Below the pieces are notes generated by a model, which was not told the origin of the DNA, did no database searches, and saw only the letters and a program-made list of their open reading frames with translations. A DNA stretch of 36,807 bases from Flavobacteriales bacterium (GTDB lineage: Bacteria; Bacteroidota; Bacteroidia; Flavobacteriales_G; NORP312), in NCBI GenBank assembly GCA_018669945.1, contig JABHTA010000195.1, positions 1 through 36,807 on the forward strand. Reading direction: 5' to 3'. Positions 29,514-36,807 of this stretch are shown one piece after another (position 1 is the stretch's first letter; each line of letters starts with the position of its first letter). The translations under genes and the position numbers were made by a program.

Positions 29514-29521
29514 CAAACTTA
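29514..29521 (-). promoter_or_regulatory. Internal -7 promoter element overlapping the stop codon of the upstream skp
   Basis: Minus strand TAAGTTTG, 20 nt upstream of ATG 29493. Confidence 0.5.
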
Positions 29522-30043
29522 TTTACTTCCAGTTGAATATCCTAATTTTTTCAGTACATCATCACTTTTATCGTAACGAGTGTTTGCATATAATATATTG
29601 GATTGACCAGCACGATCTAAAATAACTGAGTATGAACTAGCTTCAGCAATTTCTTTTATTGCATTATATATCTGATCTTGGATAGGTTGCACAAGTTCTT
29701 GCCTTTTTTTAAAAAGTACTCCTTCTACACCAAATTTAGCTTTTTGAAAGTCTTTTACTTCTTGCTCTTTCCGAACGATTTCATTTTCTCGTTTAGCTTT
29801 CATATCTTCGTTTAGCAAGATTTGTTCTGCTTGATATGCTTTATAAAGGCGGTCAATTTCAGTATATTTTGCTTCAATTTGTTTTTGCCATTTTACAGAA
29901 AGTTCATCTAACTGTTTTTGAGCAGCTTGGTACTCTGGAATATTTTTAAGAATGTAATCCGTGTCTACGTAGGCAAATTTTTGAGCAAAAGAAAATGTTG
30001 ATAAGCCAATAAGGAATAAAAGTAGAGCAGCTGTTTTTTTCAT
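29519..30043 (-). CDS. skp: Skp/OmpH periplasmic chaperone (copy 1, Omp17-like)
   Basis: QKFAYVDTDYIL, FGVEG, LVQPIQD, VLKKLG. Confidence 0.93.
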   Translation of the reverse strand: MKKTAALLLFLIGLSTFSFAQKFAYVDTDYILKNIPEYQAAQKQLDELSVKWQKQIEAKYTEIDRLYKAYQAEQILLNEDMKAKRENEIVRKEQEVKDFQKAKFGVEGVLFKKRQELVQPIQDQIYNAIKEIAEASSYSVILDRAGQSNILYANTRYDKSDDVLKKLGYSTGSK

Positions 30044-30088
30044 GGTATAAATTTAAATTGTTCCGGTATAATCAAAATTGATGCCAAT

Positions 30089-32749
30089 CTATAACTCCCC
30101 AAGGTTAGCGCCAATTGTGAAATGTAATTGTCCTTTTTGCATATTAGGGAAATCAGGAACATCGTCTATTCGCCAAGCGTAATCCAACCCAAGCAACCCA
30201 AACATTGGCAAGAATACGCGAACTCCAACGCCACCAGACCGATATACGTTAAATGGGTTGTAATCGCCAAACGAACTCCATGTGTTACCTGCTTCAACAA
30301 AGCCGAGACCATAGATAGTGGCAGAAGGGTTTAATGATAACGGATATCGAAGTTCTAAGGCATATTTATTAATGATACTTGCTCCGCCAACAGGAGACAA
30401 AGTATTATCATCGTAACCTCTAAGGGCGATTATTTCTCTTCCGTCTAAAGAGAACCCCGTGAGACCACTTCCTCCTAAATAGAAACGCTCCAAAGGAGCA
30501 CTACCAAGCGAGGAGTTATATGAACCTAGGTAGCCGAATCCAACTCTTGTATTTAGCACCAAATCTCCAACGATTTTGGTGAACCAAGATGTAGTAAATT
30601 TCCATTTATGATATTCAATCCATCGATATTTATCTTGATCAGACATGTTGTTGTAATTTGGATTCTCTCCATCTAATAAAGAATAAGGCGGAGTCGCTTG
30701 TATGCTCAAAGAAACTTGTGAGCCGTTTCTAGGGTATATCGGTTGATCTATTGAATTTCTTGAAATATTAATTCTGTAAAACAAGTTGTTAGCAATACCA
30801 TCTCTAAAGATAAATTGGTTCCACTTGTCCATGATATAATGCTGATAAGTAACTTCTTGGTATAACGTGAAGTAGTCATCAGGCCAAGAGAGTCTTCTGC
30901 CTAAACCTATTGATCCTCCCGAAATAATAACAGAAGCTCTTATGGGGTTGACGATTTTTTCTTCAGAAAGTACGTCTCGTACAAAGATGTTGTCTTCTTT
31001 AAGCCATTTACTTTCGCCATTACTTTGTATGGAATGGTATGCTGTAAATGTAAATGCGTTTGGTCTACGCCCCCCCAACCAAGGCTCGGTAAAAGAGAAG
31101 TTGTAAGACTGATAAAACAATCCGTTAGACTGGGCCCTTATGCTCAATTTTTGTCCATCACCTGAAGGTAAAGGAGACCATGTACCTTTTTTCAAAATAT
31201 TACGTGCAGAAAAGTTACTAAAAGAAACACCTAATGTTCCCACCACTCGGCCACCTCCCCAGCCACCAGAAAGTTCGATTTGGTCAGAGGATTTTTCTTC
31301 AACAATATATTCAATATCAACTGTTCCGTCTGATGGGTTAGGTTTTGGAATAACGTTTAAAGTTTCTGGATTGAAATAGCCCAGTTGAGCCAATTCCCGT
31401 TGTGTTCTAATAATATCAGACCTTCTGAATAATTGGCCAGGTTGTGTTCGAATTTCTCTCATAACAACATGGTCGTTAGTTTTAGAATTACCCACTATTG
31501 ATACTCGATTAATCCTTGCTTGTTTGCCCTCATATATTCTCATTTCGAGGTTAATTAAATCTTCCGTAATACTAGTTTCTATTGGGTCTATTTGAAAGAA
31601 TAAATAGCCATCGTCCATATAAATTGAACTAATATCTCTACCGCTAGGATTCATGAATAACCTTGTATCTAGCAATCCTCTATCGTAAATTTCTCCTTTT
31701 TTTATTCCGAGAACATCATTTAGTTGCTTAGTGCTGTATTTTGCATTCCCAGACCAGATAATGTCTCCAAAGTAATATTGAGGTCCCTCGTGAATCGTCA
31801 TTTCAATACTTAAATCTCCTCCATTTCTGTACAATGTGTCGAATTTTACGCTCGCATCACGATAACCTTTTTCGTTATACTTGGCGACTATCGTCTTTTT
31901 ATCGGTATTGTAATTTTCCTCTAAATATTTGGAAGATTTCATAACACTAATTCTGAGATTTTCTCCAGCATAAGTAATGAAGTTATTTCTAAGCGAGACA
32001 AAATCTCTTTTTATAATGTTTTTAAAACTCGAAAAAAGAATGGTGTCAAATTCAACAAATGGTTTGAAATTCGTTTTACGTTTAGTTTCTTTCATCGCCA
32101 TTCGAATCTGCCAATCTTCTAGAGCAGCATTATCGTGAATCAAAATTTTATCAATTTTTACTTTTTTGTGTTTGTTAACATTGAAGACAACAATGATTTG
32201 ATTTACAGAAAGCGTGTCTTTAATCTTGTCCACTTTAATTTCTACATCAAAGAAACCTTTGTCTATGTAATAATCTTCAATCGTATTAACAGCAACATTT
32301 AGCAGGTTTTCATTCATTATTTTTCCTGTATGAAAACGAATCTCTTCTCTGATATTATCAGCATCAGTTTTGTTTATTCCTGTAAACCGATACTTGCGGA
32401 GTCTTGGAAGTTCGCTCACGTGAATGTTTAAATAAATTTGATTTCCAATAACTTTGGTTGCAGATAATTGAACATCGTCAAATAATTCCTGGCCCCAGAG
32501 ATTACGAATTGCCATTGCAATTGCATCTCCTGGAACAGATATTTTATCTTCAGTCGATAAACCAGAAAGAAGAATTAGCGCTTGTTTATCTAATTGCTCA
32601 GTTCCCGAAACCGTTATTTCAGCAATGGTATAGGTAATCGGATTTGCGTAATCCACCGCTATTGATTTATCGCCAACGGCAATTTGAGCATTTACTGATG
32701 TAACAGTACATAGCAAAATGAATAGGTGTCCTAAATTTCTAATAATCAA
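30089..32749 (-). CDS. bamA: Outer membrane protein assembly factor BamA
   Basis: POTRA repeats, GNSKTNDHVVMRE, FTEPWL, ERFYLGG, LRGY, ELRYPL; TTG start overlapping the uppS stop. Confidence 0.96.
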   Translation of the reverse strand: MIIRNLGHLFILLCTVTSVNAQIAVGDKSIAVDYANPITYTIAEITVSGTEQLDKQALILLSGLSTEDKISVPGDAIAMAIRNLWGQELFDDVQLSATKVIGNQIYLNIHVSELPRLRKYRFTGINKTDADNIREEIRFHTGKIMNENLLNVAVNTIEDYYIDKGFFDVEIKVDKIKDTLSVNQIIVVFNVNKHKKVKIDKILIHDNAALEDWQIRMAMKETKRKTNFKPFVEFDTILFSSFKNIIKRDFVSLRNNFITYAGENLRISVMKSSKYLEENYNTDKKTIVAKYNEKGYRDASVKFDTLYRNGGDLSIEMTIHEGPQYYFGDIIWSGNAKYSTKQLNDVLGIKKGEIYDRGLLDTRLFMNPSGRDISSIYMDDGYLFFQIDPIETSITEDLINLEMRIYEGKQARINRVSIVGNSKTNDHVVMREIRTQPGQLFRRSDIIRTQRELAQLGYFNPETLNVIPKPNPSDGTVDIEYIVEEKSSDQIELSGGWGGGRVVGTLGVSFSNFSARNILKKGTWSPLPSGDGQKLSIRAQSNGLFYQSYNFSFTEPWLGGRRPNAFTFTAYHSIQSNGESKWLKEDNIFVRDVLSEEKIVNPIRASVIISGGSIGLGRRLSWPDDYFTLYQEVTYQHYIMDKWNQFIFRDGIANNLFYRINISRNSIDQPIYPRNGSQVSLSIQATPPYSLLDGENPNYNNMSDQDKYRWIEYHKWKFTTSWFTKIVGDLVLNTRVGFGYLGSYNSSLGSAPLERFYLGGSGLTGFSLDGREIIALRGYDDNTLSPVGGASIINKYALELRYPLSLNPSATIYGLGFVEAGNTWSSFGDYNPFNVYRSGGVGVRVFLPMFGLLGLDYAWRIDDVPDFPNMQKGQLHFTIGANLGEL

Positions 32750-33492
32750 GACTTAGCGGTAATTTGTTCGGCAGTTAGACCAAATCTGCGTTCTCTATTT
32801 TGGTAATCGAGAATTGCATTATATAAATCAGATTTCCTGAAATCTGGCCAAAGCGTATCTGTAAAGTACAATTCAGCATAAGCCAATTGCCACATTAAAA
32901 AGTTACTTATTCTGTGTTCGCCACTTGTTCTAATCATTAGTTCGGGGTCAGGAATACTGGCTGTTGTAAGGTAGTTAGAGAAATCTTCTGCGCTTACTGG
33001 TTCTTTCAATATACCTTTTTTTGTTTCTTGGGCGATTTTATTTACTGCTTGCAAGATTTCCCACTTTGAACTATAGCTTAAAGCTAATACCAGAGTCATT
33101 CGTTTGTTTTTCGAAGTTTTTTCAATGGCAATATCTAGCTCTTTTTTGGTACTTTGTGGCAAACTTTCTATGTTTCCGATTACCTGTAAGCGAATATCAT
33201 TTTTGTTTAGTGTTTTAACTTCTCCGTGTATTGAATGAACTAATAATTCCATTAAGGCACGTACCTCTAATTTGGGTCGTTTCCAGTTTTCTGTTGAAAA
33301 GGCATAAAGTGTTAGATATTTCACACCAATTTCAGCGCATCCTTCAACCGTTTCTCGAACAGATTTTATAGCATTTTTATGCCCGAAAATGCGTGGTTTT
33401 TCTCTTTGTTTAGCCCATCTCCCATTGCCATCCATGATAATAGCGATGTGCTTTGGAATCTTGTTTTGGTTTATATTTTCGGGAATACTCAT
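32746..33492 (-). CDS. uppS: Undecaprenyl diphosphate synthase
   Basis: HIAIIMDGNGRWA, YAFSTENW, IRTSGEHRISNF. Confidence 0.97.
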   Translation of the reverse strand: MSIPENINQNKIPKHIAIIMDGNGRWAKQREKPRIFGHKNAIKSVRETVEGCAEIGVKYLTLYAFSTENWKRPKLEVRALMELLVHSIHGEVKTLNKNDIRLQVIGNIESLPQSTKKELDIAIEKTSKNKRMTLVLALSYSSKWEILQAVNKIAQETKKGILKEPVSAEDFSNYLTTASIPDPELMIRTSGEHRISNFLMWQLAYAELYFTDTLWPDFRKSDLYNAILDYQNRERRFGLTAEQITAKS

Positions 33493-33582
33493 TGGGGGGA
33501 GTTTCGAAGACGCGCAAAAGTCGTTAAAATATATTGAAATTAGCAGGTTTTATTGGCTTTTTAGTTTCATTTTAATAGCCAA

Positions 33583-34362
33583 TTAATTATTATTTGGGTG
33601 CCAACAACTATTCAGTTTACTACCTAATCTAATAGTAAGAGTGACACCCGCAAACGAATAGTAGTCATTTACTTTGGAATTTCCTCTTTGTCTTCCGCTT
33701 GAAACGTAGGTGGTGCTAACGTCATCAATATAATCAGTCCATGTTTTTCTCTGGCTCCATTCTATGCCGAATAAAAAGCGATTAGAAAACTTAGCTTTAA
33801 TGCCAAAACCAATAGGCAATACTGCGGAGACTTTTGAATAGCCTACTCCTTCCGCATTTAACGCTGCCAATTCTTGACCACCGCCATCGATTGTGGTTGT
33901 TGGATTATATCGAAATGCACCAACACCAAGAAATAAATAAGGAGAAAAATAAATGATATCATTAGCAACACAATAAGGGAAAAAGTTGAATTCAGCTTGT
34001 CCTGAAAGTTCATAAATTTTTGATTGAAAAGATATTCCTCGTGATTGCTGCGAAACGGAGTTACTCAACGCATCATCTCCGTTAACGGTTCCATACATGC
34101 CATTTAAACGAAGAGACCACCTTGAGCTTAAATTTCTCCGCAGAACAATACCCAATGCCCAATGTGTGAGGGCTGGGTTAAATTGTGAAGCGGGATTTAA
34201 ATCCCCATTGTAATAGGATGCCCCTCCGAATATGCCTAACTCGGTACTTTTAGTATTGGGAACACTTTTCTTAAGAATGCTATTTTTCTTTTCAAAATGA
34301 TCGCTTTCCTGCGCGAAGGCGACTGTAGGAATCAATAATAGTATAATGAGCCACTTGTTCAC
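33583..34362 (-). CDS. DUF6089/PorG-like outer-membrane beta-barrel
   Basis: ELGIFGGASYYNGDL, TDYIDDVS, GNSKVNDYY, Cys near the C-terminus; position upstream of uppS-bamA. GTG 34362 gives a clean signal peptide (alternative start 34407). Confidence 0.75.
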   Translation of the reverse strand: MNKWLIILLLIPTVAFAQESDHFEKKNSILKKSVPNTKSTELGIFGGASYYNGDLNPASQFNPALTHWALGIVLRRNLSSRWSLRLNGMYGTVNGDDALSNSVSQQSRGISFQSKIYELSGQAEFNFFPYCVANDIIYFSPYLFLGVGAFRYNPTTTIDGGGQELAALNAEGVGYSKVSAVLPIGFGIKAKFSNRFLFGIEWSQRKTWTDYIDDVSTTYVSSGRQRGNSKVNDYYSFAGVTLTIRLGSKLNSCWHPNNN

Positions 34363-34446
34363 GGAGATAAATGTATTTATATTTTGTATTGAATCTGAAC
34401 AATTCATAAATTGTTCAACGTGGACTAATAAATTTTATTGTTCAGT

Positions 34447-35325
34447 TTAATTTCGTTGGTCTAGCCCCCAGTTCAGTTTGTTGCGAATTGTACCTAATAT
34501 GTTTTCATTATGCAATCTTGCTAGGTTAATAGTGAAATTATTTTTGCTAATTTTTAGCTCAACGGATGAATCTATGGTTTTCGAACGGGAATCTAGTGAC
34601 ACCAAAAAATCTTGACTGCGTCCTTCAATTTTTAAAGTTAGCACTTTGTCGTCAGGAATTACAATCGGTCTAACGTTTAGATTATGAGGCGCAATTGGGG
34701 TTATTTCGAAATTATTAGAACCTGGTAATATAATGGGTCCACCACAACTCAAAGCATAAGCTGTTGATCCTGTAGGGGTAGCAACAATAAGGCCATCAGC
34801 CCAATACGAGTTGAGGAAATCGCCATCAATAAAGGCATTAATGGTAACCATAGATGATGAATCTTTTTTGTGAACAGTAAGTTCATTTAATGCGAAATTA
34901 TTGGCGCCAAAGAGGTTGTTTTCTGTTTCAACTTTTAGAAGTGAACGTTGGTCTAGAGCAAATTTTCCAGCAAAAACATCTTCTAACGCGGTTTCTATTT
35001 CGTTAATCGAAACTCCCGAAAGAAAACCAAGTCTACCAGTATTAATGCCAATAATTGGAATATTGGAATCGCGGATAAACGTAGTTGAATCAAGAAATGT
35101 CCCATCCCCACCCACACTAAAAAGAAATTCTGCGGAGTTAATGATTTCATTGTTTTTGGTAAATGGCTTGACCTTATTAGAAATATTAATTCTTTGTTTT
35201 AAATAGTCTAAAAAAGGTTCATAAATCAACACTCCAACCCCAATTGAATCTAGTTTATCAAAAAACTTTTGAATATATGGTGCGAAATTGTCTGTGAATT
35301 TCCGGCCGTATACTGCTACTGCCAT
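34447..35325 (-). CDS. nadK: NAD kinase
   Basis: GGDGT, GINTGRLGFL, ALNE, TPTGSTAY. Confidence 0.97.
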   Translation of the reverse strand: MAVAVYGRKFTDNFAPYIQKFFDKLDSIGVGVLIYEPFLDYLKQRINISNKVKPFTKNNEIINSAEFLFSVGGDGTFLDSTTFIRDSNIPIIGINTGRLGFLSGVSINEIETALEDVFAGKFALDQRSLLKVETENNLFGANNFALNELTVHKKDSSSMVTINAFIDGDFLNSYWADGLIVATPTGSTAYALSCGGPIILPGSNNFEITPIAPHNLNVRPIVIPDDKVLTLKIEGRSQDFLVSLDSRSKTIDSSVELKISKNNFTINLARLHNENILGTIRNKLNWGLDQRN

Positions 35326-35328
35326 TGG

Positions 35329-35991
35329 TTAAAGATCAAGAAATTTCATAAACGAATCGTAGCGGGTTTTTAAATCTTCTTCACGCCCACCTTGGTCATA
35401 AGCTGCTGTTACGGTATAATCATATCGATTAAAGGTCTGTAAAATTGCCCCTAAATCGTTACGATTAGTTTTAAACGTAAGTTGAATTTTAGTAGAATCA
35501 GGATGTGATGTAATAAAACTTCCCAAAATCTTAGCGTTATTACTTTCAACAATTTGAGCTATTTCTGCCAAGGAATAATCATTAACGTTTAGTGCAAGTT
35601 CAATAATTCCTCCGGTATCGCTAACTACAGACATTTCAGCGATTACCTTCATTAGTTTAGAAATTGTAATACTGCCTATATATTGGTCTTTGTTATTTAA
35701 AACAGGAATAACCGACAAATTATGATCCGAAAGTGTTTTTGCCACCTCGAACAAATGATGATGTGCGTAAGAAAAAACGCTTATTAATGGAACTCGCGAT
35801 TCATTAATAGAGTTTGAAGCAGAACCTAAATCCAATAGATCTGATTCACTAATTATTCCCAGGAAATCGCGTCCATCAACTACAGGTAAATGAGAGACTT
35901 TAAATTCATCCATCCAACTTACAGCTTTTAACGCTGGTTCGTTTGGCTTTAATGGGGGAATTTCTTCTGTTATTAAATCTCTTGCTATCAT
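35329..35991 (-). CDS. CBS-pair domain protein with ACT-like C-terminus (AcuB-like)
   Basis: HLPVVD..GIISESDL and VIPVL..YIGSIT; DYSLAEIAQIVESN. Confidence 0.88.
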   Translation of the reverse strand: MIARDLITEEIPPLKPNEPALKAVSWMDEFKVSHLPVVDGRDFLGIISESDLLDLGSASNSINESRVPLISVFSYAHHHLFEVAKTLSDHNLSVIPVLNNKDQYIGSITISKLMKVIAEMSVVSDTGGIIELALNVNDYSLAEIAQIVESNNAKILGSFITSHPDSTKIQLTFKTNRNDLGAILQTFNRYDYTVTAAYDQGGREEDLKTRYDSFMKFLDL

Positions 35992-36005
35992 TCTAGTTAA
36001 ACGAG

Positions 36006-36013
36006 TATTTTTG
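36006..36013 (+). promoter_or_regulatory. -7 promoter element for pdxJ
   Basis: TATTTTTG, 36 nt before ATG 36050. Confidence 0.6.
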
Positions 36014-36026
36014 CATGATTAGTACA

Positions 36027-36034
36027 CAAACATA
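36027..36034 (-). promoter_or_regulatory. -7 promoter element for the CBS-nadK operon
   Basis: Minus strand TATGTTTG, 35 nt before ATG 35991. Confidence 0.6.
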
Positions 36035-36049
36035 GATAAATATTGTTCA

Positions 36050-36766
36050 ATGACAAGGTTAAGCGTTAATATCAATAAAGTGGCCACACTGCGCAATGCA
36101 CGCGGAGGGAACGTACCTGATTTACTGAAAGTGGCAATGGATTGCGAACGGTTTGGTGCGCAAGGAATTACGGTTCACCCTCGGCCTGATGAGCGGCATA
36201 TTCGTTATAACGATGTTAGAGATTTGGAGCCACTCGTAAAAACGGAGCTTAATATCGAGGGATATCCAAACAAGGAGTTTATTGACTTGGTTTTACAAGT
36301 TAAGCCAACACAAGTTACCTTAGTGCCAGATCCTCCAGGAGTGTTAACATCAAATGAGGGATGGAACACAATTAAGAATGAAGCTTTGTTGACAGATGTG
36401 ATAACTGAATTTCAAATGGCTAATATTAGGACATCAATTTTTATTGACACGGATTTAGCTCAAATAGAAAATGTTCCTAAAACAGGTGCCGATAGAATAG
36501 AGTTGTACACGGAGTCTTATGCAGTTGATTTTTCATCAAACAAAGAGGCAGCAGTTGACCCATTTGTTCGGTCTGCAAAATTGGCTTATGCTTTAGGGTT
36601 GGGAGTTAATGCAGGGCATGATTTAAACCTAGAGAATCTAAATTATTTCGCTAACCAAGTTCCCTATTTAGATGAGGTTTCGATTGGACATGCATTGATA
36701 GCTGATGCACTTTATTTGGGACTAGAGAATACTGTTCAATTGTATTTGCGAGAGTTAATGACATAA
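36050..36766 (+). CDS. pdxJ: Pyridoxine 5'-phosphate synthase
   Basis: [39 protein letters not shown]. Confidence 0.98.
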   Translation: MTRLSVNINKVATLRNARGGNVPDLLKVAMDCERFGAQGITVHPRPDERHIRYNDVRDLEPLVKTELNIEGYPNKEFIDLVLQVKPTQVTLVPDPPGVLTSNEGWNTIKNEALLTDVITEFQMANIRTSIFIDTDLAQIENVPKTGADRIELYTESYAVDFSSNKEAAVDPFVRSAKLAYALGLGVNAGHDLNLENLNYFANQVPYLDEVSIGHALIADALYLGLENTVQLYLRELMT

Positions 36767-36807
36767 AGTTAGAAAATTGGTCAAGTTTGATAGTTCATAA
36801 AGTTGAA

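Noticed and set aside
33493-33500. C-runs just before the start codons of uppS and the 1..530 gene, and the general lack of Shine-Dalgarno motifs
   Set aside because: Absence of SD motifs is normal in Bacteroidota, and two short C-runs are too little evidence for a signal.
28124-35991. CBS-nadK-porG-uppS-bamA-skp-skp-murI as a novel system
   Set aside because: This is a familiar conserved Bacteroidota envelope-biogenesis gene order.
36767-36807. Recurring AGTT words at the right edge as the start of a repeat element
   Set aside because: Only 41 bp are visible and the spacing is irregular.

Overview
Gene-dense, AT-rich Bacteroidota chromosomal segment, probably Flavobacteriales-like. The taxonomic call is inferred from TAnnTTTG promoter elements, a T9SS sorting domain, a split metH, and the hpt-adk-obgE and nadK-porG-uppS-bamA-skp-skp-murI gene orders. 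Most of the window is housekeeping and envelope biogenesis. I found no tRNA, rRNA, CRISPR array, transposase, integrase or reverse transcriptase. The main anomaly is at the left edge: bases 1-68 are an exact copy of 1593-1660, inside the TSP3-like repeats of a beta-barrel/TSP3/OmpA gene. That copy is fused in frame to an unlisted, low-GC, signal-peptide-bearing 154-aa domain with its own promoter (1..530, minus strand, running off the window). This looks like a recent domain-shuffling or duplication event, but an assembly artefact is not excluded. Secondary signals: an orphan C-terminal half of MetH abutting pheT, Pho-box-like and Fur-box-like sites before a TonB-dependent receptor, a fluoride channel between two phosphatases, an S8 protease lacking a T9SS tail and paired with a beta-barrel, and overlapping face-to-face promoters. 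All protein calls come from motif recognition by eye; no database searches were run.
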